DNA of 64,000 nt from Minisyncoccota bacterium (GCA_041663185.1 JBAZQY010000001.1:117298-181297), one strand, 5' to 3'; shown: positions 37,126 through 46,727, counted from the stretch's first letter. Notes: generated by a model not told the origin, from the letters alone. Program-made: numbers and translations.

Positions 37126-38831
37126 TTAAAAATATTCCTTTTTATAACATTCTTTACAGTAAATAATAGGGGCTTCTTTTTGATGATAATTAGTTTTAAA
37201 AACATTTCTACATTTATTACATTTTCTTTCTATTAAAGACATCTGTTGCGCCCATCTTTTTATCTTATTTTCAATTCTACAAAAAGGACAACGACGTGGA
37301 AGTGGAAGATTGTGTTGTCTTAAAAATTGAAGTTCTTGATTTGTTATTTTGTATCCTCGAGGACAAGTTGCACATTTAATTGATTCATTTAATATATCAT
37401 CTTTTATGTCTCTGATATTATCAGGTAAATCAATAAAATTCATTGTTATTAAATGTTCGCTGATAGGAATGTCTGCCCAAGATAGTTCTTTTAATATAAC
37501 TTCTTTTTTGGATAAAGGATTAAATAAATAGGCAAAGGTATCGTTATAATCATGTGGAGAAAACTCCATTGGAAAAAATCACCGTATTTATATATTATCC
37601 CATTTTTATTTTCATATGGATTTCTTTCCATATCGAATATAATTTTTTTTCTAAGCTCATCAAAAGTTTTTGGGTCGTATTTTTTATTTAAAATATAATA
37701 TTCTTTATTTCGTATCCCTGAACAACCAAATAGAAACGCTCCCCCCATACAACTTTTTGAATATTCTATATGGTGACCATTGTGTATATCCTGACTAAAT
37801 CGTACATCAGAAACTTTGTTTCCAACTGTAATACATTCATATATTCTTTCTGCCCCTTCTCCCCAATCAATATAATCATAACTATCTTTAACACTCGGTG
37901 TTTTAATAAGCATCATATATTTACAATCTTCACAATACCCTGAGTCGTAACATTCTTTACAATTTTTAGAATAAAACACATAGTTGCCAGTACAATCTTT
38001 ATTAAACATATAGTCATAACATGGATTTGGAATCGAGTTCTTCCAAATTTCTTCTGCTTTAATTTTTATTTCTTGATATGTTTTGTAAGAGCCAAGGTCT
38101 ATACTTTTTATTTGTTCTTTATAATTTTCTTTGGTAAGTTGTTCATTAAAGAAAACATATTTCTTATTATATAAATTAGAAGATCCAAAACAATATTGTG
38201 AATTTTTTGCATCACGAATAAAAAAACAATCAAGTGATGTATGGACATTGCCCCTAGATCCGTGGACTCTGTTATTTCGAAATCCATTTAATCCATCATA
38301 GCATTGCTCACATTCCCAATAGACACTACAATCAAGAACTGATTTGTCTCGAGTTAGATAAAAACCGTGTTGACAATCTTCATCATAATCGGAATAGAAA
38401 ATTAAGTAACAATTCTTAGAATGATCACAATGATTAGTATATGGCGATAATTCTGATGTACTTTTAGTAACAGCAATTCCCCTAATAGGGACACGATGTA
38501 GATGCTCATTTAATTGTTCAAAAAATGAACGAGAGGGATTATAATCCATGGCATATTTTTCAGGATTCCATTTATCACTCCACCAACAATCAGAACAATA
38601 AATCGTATAAGGTGAATCGGGTGGATACATTGATATTTTTTCTTCTCCACACAAATCACATTTTCTCTTATATAAACGAAATCCTTTTAACCAAATTAAA
38701 CGTCTCTGTTTCCTACACTCCGGACAAAAAGTCGGCGGAGGAACTTTAATTTTCTCATAAAAAGAAAAATCATCAGGCTCGATTATAAAGTCATTTTTGC
38801 AGTTCTGACAAACCCTAGTTTCTTCTTTCAT
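37126..38831 (-). CDS. Cysteine-rich protein with N- and C-terminal CxxC...CPxCR zinc-ribbon-like modules, interrupted by a frameshift at an A6/T6 run (37573-37578)
   Basis: Track ORFs 37491..38831 and 37126..37569 overlap in different frames. Adding one T (T6 to T7) on the coding strand gives a continuous ~568-aa product (...KYGDFFPMEFSPHDY...). Both termini carry CxxC-(14-17)-CPxCR modules. Confidence 0.5.
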
Positions 38832-38873
38832 AATCTTAATTATACTAAATAATACTAAAATATATAATATCCT

Positions 38874-38912
38874 TTATAACCTGTTGTGACGATCGTCTGA
38901 ATAGGTTATAAT
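38874..38912. promoter_or_regulatory. 39-nt palindromic operator-like element, copy 1
   Basis: ttataacct-gttgt-GACGATCGTC-tgaat-aggttataat. The TATAAT at its 3' end lies 9 nt before the regulator ATG. It sits in the divergent intergenic region shared with the Cys-rich gene. Confidence 0.5.
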
Positions 38913-38921
38913 AAGCAGATT

Positions 38922-39404
38922 ATGAATATGATAAAAGAAACATTACACGCAATAAGCAATTACCCTGGTGGATATGGGGCAATATATGATTTAATCTATC
39001 CAAATGAAAGCAACCCAAAAGATAACAGCCAGGTGCTTAGGAACAGATTATCAAAATTGAAGAAAGGGGGGTTACTCTCTAACGAAAAAGGAATTTGGAA
39101 AATTACCCCAGAAGGAAAAATATTTTTGAAAAAAGAAAAATCAACATTAATTAAATTTACTAGTTTTAAAAATATAAAACTAAATCCACAAAAAACAATG
39201 CTGGTAATTTTTGATATCCCGGAGAAAAAAAGATTATATAGAAATTGGCTTCGTAATGAACTCGTTGGTTTTGGGTTTACTCTTATTCAGAAAAGCGTCT
39301 GGTTCGGTCCAACTCTTCCTAAGGAATTTATAACATATTTATCAGACCGTAAAATTCTTGAATATATAAAATTTTTCAAAGCCACTGAAAAAGATTTAAT
39401 ATAA
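38922..39404 (+). CDS. PaaX-like transcriptional regulator (winged helix N-terminus, Cas2-like PaaX_C C-terminus)
   Basis: N-terminus ...YPGGYGAIYDLIYP...LRNRLSKLKKGGLL...W.ITPEG... is wHTH-like. C-terminus LVIFDIPEKKRLYRNWLRNELVGFGFTLIQKSVWFGP matches the PaaX_C/Cas2-like motif (…GFG.L..SVW..P). Confidence 0.45.
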   Translation: MNMIKETLHAISNYPGGYGAIYDLIYPNESNPKDNSQVLRNRLSKLKKGGLLSNEKGIWKITPEGKIFLKKEKSTLIKFTSFKNIKLNPQKTMLVIFDIPEKKRLYRNWLRNELVGFGFTLIQKSVWFGPTLPKEFITYLSDRKILEYIKFFKATEKDLI

Positions 39405-39417
39405 TTCTTAAAAAACA

Positions 39418-39456
39418 TTATAACCTATTTAGACGATCGTCTAGTTTGGTTATAAT
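39418..39456. promoter_or_regulatory. 39-nt palindromic operator-like element, copy 2
   Basis: ttataacct-attta-GACGATCGTC-tagtt-tggttataat, with a perfect 14-bp core tagacgatcgtcta. It is a direct repeat of copy 1 at the convergent 3' ends of the regulator gene and pyrH. Confidence 0.5.
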
Positions 39457-39478
39457 GTATTTTATATTTAAATATTAA

Positions 39479-40165
39479 TTATTTAATTACTGTCCCAATA
39501 AAAGATTCTCCGTCGAGATAGGCCCTTAGATTGTCTATTTTTTTACCATTTAGGATTATAACTTCATAACCAAGTTTTTCGGCTTCATAGGCGGCAATTG
39601 GATCAAATGGGGCATTAATTCCTGGTTTCCAATCTTTTGGAAAAAGTAATCGGAAATCTACCCATGATATTTTATCGATTGATTTAGCATCGGGATTAAA
39701 TTTGGGGTCTTTGTCATAAACGAAATCAATATTGGAAAGATTTATAATTTTTGTTGCTCCGACACTTGTCGCCGAGCGAACTGCAGCCAAGTCACTACTA
39801 TTCCCTGGTCTCCACCCCCCTCCAACAATAATTGGTTTGTCAGTTGTAGGAATATTTTCTGGATCGAGTACAACTTTTTCGTAAGCTAAATCTTCAAAAC
39901 AAATTCTAACAAGTTCAGCATTAACTCTTGTGATCGAGATCCCAAGCCAATCAAGATCCTCAATTGAAGGGTCTGTGATTTTTTTTAATGAATCATTATA
40001 TTTACGACAAAGTTTTCCGCCTCCGGTGATAATTAAAAAGGTAAACCCACGAGAAACGTATTCTTTAATTGTTGTTACAAATAATTTCAAAAAGTCTGCA
40101 TCAACTTCATCTTGAACGATAAGCGAACCACCAAGAGAAATTATAATTTGTTTCTTTTTATCCAT
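39479..40165 (-). CDS. pyrH: Amino-acid-kinase-family UMP kinase (archaeal-type PyrH-like)
   Basis: IIISLGGS...IITGGG... and ...IIVGGGW.PG.SSD.AA... carbamate-kinase-fold motifs. 228 aa. Confidence 0.55.
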   Translation of the reverse strand: MDKKKQIIISLGGSLIVQDEVDADFLKLFVTTIKEYVSRGFTFLIITGGGKLCRKYNDSLKKITDPSIEDLDWLGISITRVNAELVRICFEDLAYEKVVLDPENIPTTDKPIIVGGGWRPGNSSDLAAVRSATSVGATKIINLSNIDFVYDKDPKFNPDAKSIDKISWVDFRLLFPKDWKPGINAPFDPIAAYEAEKLGYEVIILNGKKIDNLRAYLDGESFIGTVIK

Positions 40166-40170
40166 ATATT

Positions 40171-40773
40171 TTATAATCCAAGGGAATTAATAATTTCTTT
40201 ATGAACATCTTCCTTGCTTTGATCGCCATTTATGGTGTAAATTGTATAATTTTCTTTTCCTTTAAAATAATTCATCGATGGAATCACATTATTAACATAT
40301 TCGTCGAAACGCTTGCTAATCCCATCATCCGTATCATCTGCTCTTCCTCGCAGTTTCATTCTTTTCACCGCTTCTTCTTTGCTTAATTCAATATACACAA
40401 TTTTTATATCTTCACGATTATAAAATTCCATCATATGAGCAAAAGATTCCGATTGCTCAATTGTACGAGGAAAACCATCCGCGATAAGACACGTTTCTTC
40501 TTTCATGTTCGTCGTTAAAATATTTGTGAATAAACTGATTGTTAAAAAATCAGGCTGAAGAAAACCTTTTTCTAAACTTGTTTTTACTTTTGATCCCGTA
40601 TAACTTCCACTTTCAATTAATTTTCTATATTCTACTCCTGTCGAAGTGTATAAAATATCATTAGCAATATTTTTTTCTTTTAAGTATTGTTGTAAAAATT
40701 CTACTTGAGTCCCTTTCCCTGACCCAACTATTCCAAAAAACATAAATGTACACGGTTTTTTTTGCATATTCAT
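40171..40773 (-). CDS. adk: Adenylate kinase
   Basis: P-loop GIVGSGKGTQ, ...DGFPRT.EQ... and the RxDD LID motifs (RGRADDTDD). It is downstream of secY. Confidence 0.75.
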   Translation of the reverse strand: MNMQKKPCTFMFFGIVGSGKGTQVEFLQQYLKEKNIANDILYTSTGVEYRKLIESGSYTGSKVKTSLEKGFLQPDFLTISLFTNILTTNMKEETCLIADGFPRTIEQSESFAHMMEFYNREDIKIVYIELSKEEAVKRMKLRGRADDTDDGISKRFDEYVNNVIPSMNYFKGKENYTIYTINGDQSKEDVHKEIINSLGL

Positions 40774-40826
40774 GTATTATACTAAAAACTTGACCATTAA
40801 AAAAGACCCATGATTGTGGGTCTTTT

Positions 40827-42098
40827 TTAATATTCTCTCATTGATAATTGCGCCTCTGTTTTCTTAATTAAATCAAGAACAACTGAAACAACAATCAAGA
40901 GAGCTGTTCCGCCAATAGCAAAAGCACTTATGCCAGTGACTGCTCGAATAATAAGTGGAAGCACAGCAATGACACCAAGAAAGACTGCTCCCATTGTGGT
41001 TGTGCGAATTAGAATTTTAGAAATATATTCTTTGGTAGCTTGACCTGGACGAATACCTGGAACAAAAGCTCCATTCTTCTGCAGGTTTGTAGATAATTGT
41101 TCTGGATCAAAAGTAACAGCTGTATAAAAGTAGGTAAATAGGAAAACAAATATGAAATAGAAAATGGCATACAACCAAGTATTCTGCACAAACCAAAGCA
41201 TTGCTCGAGAAATTGCCAAAAGTGTTGGGCTTTCCATTCCCGCAAAGAAATTTCCTATCAACTGAGGGAAAAGCAAAATAGACAGAGCAAAAATTATTGG
41301 AATAACTCCCGCTTGATTGATACGAATTGGTAGATATGTCTGTGTTCCTCCGGCCACATGATCACCCCTGACTTGTTTAGCATAAGTCACTGGCACTGGA
41401 CGCTCAGCTTCTGAAACAACCACAACTCCTGCCACGATTAATAAGCCAACAGCTAAGAATAGGATGTAAACTGGCAAATTGGACATATCAAAAGTAAAGA
41501 AAAATCTGGAAATCTCGGTCGGAATACTGGCGACAATCCCAGCAAAAATTATGAGTGAGACACCATTACCAATTCCAAACTCAGAAACAAGTTCACCAAT
41601 CCACATAATGAGCATTGAGCCCGCCACGATAACTGAAAGGTTAGTGAATGTTCCAAATAGTGATGCATCAATCATGATTCCTTGTTTGCGTAGTAAAACT
41701 AATAACGCCAAACCTTGAACAATCGCAAGTGGAATAGTAAGCATTCTACTAAATTGAGTAAATTTCTTGCGTCCAATCTCACCATCTTCTTGATACATAG
41801 CCTTCAAACGAGGAGACATGATAGTCAAAAGTTGCATGATAATCGAAGATGTAATGTATGGACCAACACCAAGCATGATAATTGATAAAGTCGAAAGTCC
41901 ACCACCAGAGAAAATATTTAAAACCCCAACAAATTGATTATTGGTTATAAAATTTTGAAGTTTGATAGCATCAACTCCTGGAATTGGAATAGCGGAAAGA
42001 AGTCGGAAAACAACAAGAGCTCCGAGCACAAATAAAACACGATTTCTCAATGTTTTATCTGTAAATATTGCTTTTATTTTATTGAAAACAATTTCCAT
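40827..42098 (-). CDS. secY: Preprotein translocase subunit SecY
   Basis: 423 aa, 10 TM helices, and the conserved SecY plug/TM2-TM7 regions. Confidence 0.9.
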   Translation of the reverse strand: MEIVFNKIKAIFTDKTLRNRVLFVLGALVVFRLLSAIPIPGVDAIKLQNFITNNQFVGVLNIFSGGGLSTLSIIMLGVGPYITSSIIMQLLTIMSPRLKAMYQEDGEIGRKKFTQFSRMLTIPLAIVQGLALLVLLRKQGIMIDASLFGTFTNLSVIVAGSMLIMWIGELVSEFGIGNGVSLIIFAGIVASIPTEISRFFFTFDMSNLPVYILFLAVGLLIVAGVVVVSEAERPVPVTYAKQVRGDHVAGGTQTYLPIRINQAGVIPIIFALSILLFPQLIGNFFAGMESPTLLAISRAMLWFVQNTWLYAIFYFIFVFLFTYFYTAVTFDPEQLSTNLQKNGAFVPGIRPGQATKEYISKILIRTTTMGAVFLGVIAVLPLIIRAVTGISAFAIGGTALLIVVSVVLDLIKKTEAQLSMREY

Positions 42099-42100
42099 AA

Positions 42101-42529
42101 TTATTTTATAGTTCCTCCAGCTTTTTCAATCTTGAGGCGAGCACTAGTTGAAACTTTGCAACCTGTAATTGTGAGTTTCTTACTAATTTCTCCCGTTCCA
42201 AGAATTTTAACATTTGGAAGTGACCCCCTGACACGACGAACAAGATTTTTGGTAAATAGTATTTCTGGATTAATGACTGTCTCCGCGTCAAAAACATTCA
42301 AAGCTCCAACATTGACTGGTGAAAACTTAACGGCAAAAGATTTAAAGCGATACCCTCTTTGTTTAGGTAACTTTTTAATTATATCACGCATTTGTGGACG
42401 ACGCTTATTTCCGGCACGAGCAGTCTGCCCCTTTCCTCCACGACCAGATGTTTTACCTCGAGTTCCTCCACGACCAACTTGTCTGGATTTTTTATTTGGA
42501 TGTTCTCTTTTTAGTGTGTGTAATTGCAT
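42101..42529 (-). CDS. rplO: 50S ribosomal protein L15
   Basis: GRGGTRGKTSGRGGKG Gly/Arg-rich L15 N-terminus. It directly follows rpsE with no rpmD (L30) between them. Confidence 0.85.
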   Translation of the reverse strand: MQLHTLKREHPNKKSRQVGRGGTRGKTSGRGGKGQTARAGNKRRPQMRDIIKKLPKQRGYRFKSFAVKFSPVNVGALNVFDAETVINPEILFTKNLVRRVRGSLPNVKILGTGEISKKLTITGCKVSTSARLKIEKAGGTIK

Positions 42530-42534
42530 AAAAT

Positions 42535-43152
42535 TTATTTAACTTCTTCTTTAACTTGTTCATCAATAAAAGCAGGGGCTACTTTAGCAACTCCTCCAGT
42601 TTTATCGCGAAGTTGATAAAGTGTCTTATAAGCAACTCGAGCATTGTTCAATTTATTTTTACTTCCAGAATGTAATTTGGCAGTAACATTTTTAATACCA
42701 GCTAAAGTGAGCATATCGCGAACAGTACTTCCTGAAACTAACCCTTTCCCTCGGTTTGGCATTATAGTTAATTTGGAGCTTGCAAACTTTCCTGAAACTT
42801 CATGAGGAATAGACATTTCTTTGGTTGTTTTAATCTTAAACATATTTTTCTTTGCCTGACGAAGAGCTTTGGCAATCGCCACAGCTGTATCTCCCCCCTT
42901 ACCAGTTCCTAGACCTACTGAGCCTTTTTTATCGCCAATCGCTATAGCCACAGCAAATGTCATTCGGCGACCACCAGCAACCACACGAGTAACTCGACGA
43001 ATCGAAACCATTTTTTGATCAAATTCTGGCTTTGGTCTCTCAAAAGATGGTCGTGAACGACGATTATCTCCTTCTCCTTTCTTATTTGAAAAGACTGGTT
43101 TATTTGAACCGCGGTTATTGTTTGTATTTTGTTTTGGCTTTGTTGTATCCAT
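42535..43152 (-). CDS. rpsE: 30S ribosomal protein S5 (with basic N-terminal extension)
   Basis: ...IRRVTRVVAGGRRMTFAVAIAIGDKKGSVGLGTGKG... S5 dsRBD-like core. Confidence 0.85.
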   Translation of the reverse strand: MDTTKPKQNTNNNRGSNKPVFSNKKGEGDNRRSRPSFERPKPEFDQKMVSIRRVTRVVAGGRRMTFAVAIAIGDKKGSVGLGTGKGGDTAVAIAKALRQAKKNMFKIKTTKEMSIPHEVSGKFASSKLTIMPNRGKGLVSGSTVRDMLTLAGIKNVTAKLHSGSKNKLNNARVAYKTLYQLRDKTGGVAKVAPAFIDEQVKEEVK

Positions 43153-43178
43153 ATGTTTATTATATCAATTATGAAAAA

Positions 43179-43523
43179 TTAAAACTTGAGACCTCCAGTT
43201 CGAGCTCCATCAGCTAGAGCTTTTATTCGGCCAGTATATTTAAATCCATTGCGATCAAAAACACATGTCTTAATTCCTTTTTCAATCGCTTTTTTGGCAA
43301 CTTCTTCTCCAATATTTTTTGCTCGTTCAGTCTTTGTTCCTTTTTTTAAATTCATATCCGAAGAAGCAATAAGTGTATTGTGATTCAAGTCATCAATGAC
43401 TTGCGCGTAAATATAATTATTGGAACGAAAAACAGAAAGACGTGGACATTTTGTTGTACCAAAAATTTTAGTCCTTATTTTCTTCTTCAATCTTATTCTT
43501 TTTTCTATTTTCTTGTTTTTCAT
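43179..43523 (-). CDS. rplR: 50S ribosomal protein L18
   Basis: Assigned by size, basic N-terminus, position in the spc-cluster order and the ...RLSVFRSN.YIYAQVIDD... motif. Confidence 0.85.
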   Translation of the reverse strand: MKNKKIEKRIRLKKKIRTKIFGTTKCPRLSVFRSNNYIYAQVIDDLNHNTLIASSDMNLKKGTKTERAKNIGEEVAKKAIEKGIKTCVFDRNGFKYTGRIKALADGARTGGLKF

Positions 43524-43552
43524 TGCATTTTTTTGAATTTATAATTCGTATT

Positions 43553-43587
43553 TTAATTCTTAATTCGTAATTATTAATTCTTAATTA
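43553..43587. repeat. 35-nt conserved AT-rich intergenic motif, copy A (rplF/rplR junction)
   Basis: ttaattcttaattcgtaattattaattcttaatta is identical to the copy at 44143..44177 and related to 47541..47573. Confidence 0.7.
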
Positions 43588-43588
43588 T

Positions 43589-44125
43589 CTACGCTGCTTT
43601 CTTACCTTGCTTACGACGAATAACTTCATCAGAATAACGGAATCCTTTCCCTTTATAAGGTTCTGGTTTTTTCATGGCACGAACCGAGGCCGTAAATAAA
43701 CCAACTAACTCTTTATCAATACCCGAAACAGTAATATTATTCTTTTCAGCAGTTACAGTAATGCCAGCGGGAATTGTAACTTTAACTGGATGAGAAAAAC
43801 CTAAAGCTAGATTAAGAGTTTGCCCGGCAACTTCAGATTTGAAACCAACTCCTTCTAAAATAAGTTTCTTGGTGTAACCTTCATTGACTCCATCTACCAT
43901 ATTCTTAACATGCGAAGCATATGCACCCCATAGAGCATTAATACTTCGATCTCCTTCTTTATTAGGAGTAAAAGTTATTTCATTACCATTGATATGGATA
44001 GTTACTTCGCCAGGGAAATCACGAACAAGAGTCCCTTTTGGGCCCTTCACAGAAAAAGTAGTTCCAGAGAGTTTAACTTCTGTACCGGCGGGAACTATAA
44101 CTGTTTGTTTTCCGATTCTACTCAT
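43589..44125 (-). CDS. rplF: 50S ribosomal protein L6
   Basis: MSRIGKQTV.VP.GV.V conserved L6 N-terminus and two-domain length. Confidence 0.85.
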   Translation of the reverse strand: MSRIGKQTVIVPAGTEVKLSGTTFSVKGPKGTLVRDFPGEVTIHINGNEITFTPNKEGDRSINALWGAYASHVKNMVDGVNEGYTKKLILEGVGFKSEVAGQTLNLALGFSHPVKVTIPAGITVTAEKNNITVSGIDKELVGLFTASVRAMKKPEPYKGKGFRYSDEVIRRKQGKKAA

Positions 44126-44142
44126 AAATTTTAATATCTCGT

Positions 44143-44177
44143 TTAATTCTTAATTCGTAATTATTAATTCTTAATTA
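44143..44177. repeat. 35-nt conserved AT-rich intergenic motif, copy B (rpsH/rplF junction)
   Basis: Identical 35-mer to copy A. Confidence 0.7.
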
Positions 44178-44184
44178 ATAATGA

Positions 44185-44565
44185 TTACCATAGTCTAAAT
44201 AATACTTCTCCTCCGACCATTTCTTTTCTAGCTTCTTTATCAGTCAAAATACCCTTGGGGGTAGAAAGAACTGTTAATCCATGACTTCTCTTTATATCTT
44301 TTACTCCTTTATAAACACGACAAGATGATTTGGAAATGCGATCAACGTCGGTTACTCTTGGGGCTCCATCTTCTACATAAGCCAATTCCAATTCGATAGT
44401 CGGAAACCCTTTTTTAGTTTTCTTGGTAACTCCCTTCAAATAACCTTCTTTAACTAGGCATTCAGCAATAGAAAATTTGAGTTTTGAATGAGGAACAACA
44501 ACAAACTCGTGGTGAGCTCGCCCTGCATTTTTTATCATATTCATCATGTTTGCTATTTGATCCAT
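44185..44565 (-). CDS. rpsH: 30S ribosomal protein S8
   Basis: MDQIANMMNMIKNA... conserved S8 N-terminus. Confidence 0.85.
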   Translation of the reverse strand: MDQIANMMNMIKNAGRAHHEFVVVPHSKLKFSIAECLVKEGYLKGVTKKTKKGFPTIELELAYVEDGAPRVTDVDRISKSSCRVYKGVKDIKRSHGLTVLSTPKGILTDKEARKEMVGGEVLFRLW

Positions 44566-44635
44566 AATTTTAATTTTGAGTGTTAGGTTTTGCCTTTATT
44601 GAGCCCAAGGCAATTCCTAGCGCACTTTATTTATA

Positions 44636-44821
44636 TTACCAACTTGATTTTCTTACTCCTGGAAGCATGCCTTCGTTAGCAAGTTCACGGAAACAAATAC
44701 GGCATAGTCCGAAATCTCTCATATAAGCATGTCCACGGCCACAACGAAAACAACGATTTGTTTCTCGTGTGCTAAATTTTGATTTCTTTATGTGTCTTGC
44801 AATAACTGATTTTTTTGCCAT
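44636..44821 (-). CDS. rpsZ: 30S ribosomal protein S14, zinc-binding type Z
   Basis: 61 aa with CxxC...CxxC (CFRCGR...CRIC). Confidence 0.85.
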   Translation of the reverse strand: MAKKSVIARHIKKSKFSTRETNRCFRCGRGHAYMRDFGLCRICFRELANEGMLPGVRKSSW

Positions 44822-45078
44822 CCCAGTACTAAAATTTTAATATTAATATATATTTTATTTAACCTTTAACCCTTGTACTATGTTTTTTGACGATATCAAA
44901 TAATCAAAAATTTAGTACGGGACAAGTAAAAAAATATTTCGGGCACTACCCCTCATAAGTGTGATATCTCGTTTATTTTCTTAATGGTATTGATTTCTCA
45001 AGGCCATCAAGGAGACAAACGGATCCAAAACCTATGTGCTCCTATACTAGCAAATAGAGGAGAGAGTGTCAAATAAAA

Positions 45079-45110
45079 AAAACCCCGCGATTGTGCGGGG
45101 TCTTTAAGTA
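45079..45110. terminator. Intrinsic terminator downstream of the inserted gene 45129..45749
   Basis: aaaaaaaa-ccccgc-gattgt-gcgggg-tcttt. A minus-strand extended -10 (TGcTAGTAT) for the rpsZ operon follows at ~45040-45060. Confidence 0.6.
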
Positions 45111-45128
45111 TTGGCAAGACAAGAAGGG

Positions 45129-45749
45129 TTACTCTTTGTATTTATAACCCTCTTCATAATCCTTGAAACCAAGATTCATATTTCTCCAGTTAAACGCTGG
45201 ATAGTAGTCGAGGAGGTTAGGATCTTCCGTACTGGCCAGGTTTTCAAGTCGGTAATCAATCAACCGGCCGGCTTTTTCAGTAAAATCATCAGCATTCCGG
45301 AATTCACGGTACTTGGGAAGATGTGCGCCGGAGGCCCCTTCATAATCAGCAAATACAAACTGGTGCATTATTATCTTAGTTGAATCATTGCTAAGATAGA
45401 AAAAAATGTTTTGGGTTAATTCACCATCGGAATAATAATCATTATCTACATCATACTCATAAGCGAGTCCACTTGTTGTTTGATGACCTCCAAGTTCAAG
45501 CTCGAGTAAATTCCATTCAGTGAATCGGCGATGGATATCGCGAACGTTTATTACTTCTGTCGAGTCCGCAACATAATAATTACTATCATAAAGGACCTGT
45601 GCCCTGGAGATGATTTCTTCCATGGCATTAGCCAACTCTTTTTTACTGGATTGTGGGTTGTTTCCGAACATAATCCACCAGAACAATAATCCGGCTACAA
45701 TACAGGCTACAATACAAGCAATTAATCCTACAAATGTTGTTGTTTTCAT
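45129..45749 (-). CDS. Hypothetical membrane-anchored protein inserted within the ribosomal-protein cluster
   Basis: N-terminal TM (TTFVGLIACIVACIVAGLLFWWIMF). It has its own promoter and leader at 45750..45915 and its own terminator. Confidence 0.5.
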   Translation of the reverse strand: MKTTTFVGLIACIVACIVAGLLFWWIMFGNNPQSSKKELANAMEEIISRAQVLYDSNYYVADSTEVINVRDIHRRFTEWNLLELELGGHQTTSGLAYEYDVDNDYYSDGELTQNIFFYLSNDSTKIIMHQFVFADYEGASGAHLPKYREFRNADDFTEKAGRLIDYRLENLASTEDPNLLDYYPAFNWRNMNLGFKDYEEGYKYKE

Positions 45750-45915
45750 AGTGTTTTGTTTTTTAAAATGAGTGAATAGTGAATTACCTTAAGCTACTAA
45801 ATGTCTAATAATTCAAGGCAATTCACTATTTCTCCTCAAAACAAAAATTATGAAAATTTTCAAAGAACTAAACACTCCTTATAGTATAGCATAATTGGGT
45901 AAAAAAGTCAAGAGA
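45750..45915 (-). promoter_or_regulatory. Conserved promoter + ~130-nt structured 5' leader, copy 1
   Basis: Minus strand: TTGACT-N17-TATACT, then a leader with hairpin gaaatagtgaattgcc...ggtaattcactattc. It is 85-90% identical to 46529..46700. Confidence 0.6.
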
Positions 45916-46003
45916 TTTAACCTGACAAAATAAGGACTTTTTGCAATAAAAAAGACCTGCCAGAAATTCTGACAGGCCTTGAAGTTTGGGATTATTTGCA
46001 ATA

Positions 46004-46528
46004 TTATTTATCCCACCATGGCAAATATTCGAAAAAAATCGTTTGATATCCTCTTCTTCCTTCGACTTTTACGATAATGTCACCAACCGACCATTGATTA
46101 TTTTTAAAACAAATATACGGTGTTGTTTTTTCGCCAGAGTCATAGTCGATACCCAAAAATTGGTCATAATTATAACCGATAATCCGGTTGTAATCGAGGA
46201 AAAGCGACCTATGTTTCATGGCTATAAGTGATTTCAGATCGCTTTTCTTGGGCAAGGTGTAGTTCATATACTCAGCAAATTTTAATACCAACCTTTGGCT
46301 GGTATGCTTTTTGAATGAGTATATTATACAGGTCCTGAACGTTCCACCTTGACCAATATTTGGTGTAATCTCCGATATACTATCTCCGGAAAGGAAAACG
46401 GGTTTTTCCCAGTAAAAATGTCGGTTGAATTTACGTTCAATCCGTGTCTGCTGAGCGCTGGCTGATGATGTGGCAACAATCATCATGATGATGATTGCAA
46501 AGAATGAGAATAATCTAACATTTTTCAT
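46004..46528 (-). CDS. Hypothetical secreted protein inserted within the ribosomal-protein cluster
   Basis: Start at MKNVRLFSFFAIIIMMIVATSSASA (signal peptide). The listed ORF start at 46642 extends into the conserved leader. No similarity to the neighbouring inserted protein. Confidence 0.5.
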   Translation of the reverse strand: MKNVRLFSFFAIIIMMIVATSSASAQQTRIERKFNRHFYWEKPVFLSGDSISEITPNIGQGGTFRTCIIYSFKKHTSQRLVLKFAEYMNYTLPKKSDLKSLIAMKHRSLFLDYNRIIGYNYDQFLGIDYDSGEKTTPYICFKNNQWSVGDIIVKVEGRRGYQTIFFEYLPWWDK

Positions 46529-46700
46529 AATAATATTTGTTTTTAAATTGTGAGTGAATAGTGAATTACCTTGAGCTATTAAATGTCTAATAATCCAGGG
46601 CAATTCACTATTCTTTAAAACAAATATTATGAAAATTTTCAAAGAACTACATACTACTTATAGTATAGCATGATTAGGTGTAAAAGTCAATAGATAAAAC
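46529..46700 (-). promoter_or_regulatory. Conserved promoter + structured 5' leader, copy 2
   Basis: Minus strand: TTGACT-N17-TATACT with a near-identical leader hairpin to 45750..45915. Confidence 0.6.
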
Positions 46701-46727
46701 CCTTTAATTGCAAGCTTATTAATGAAA

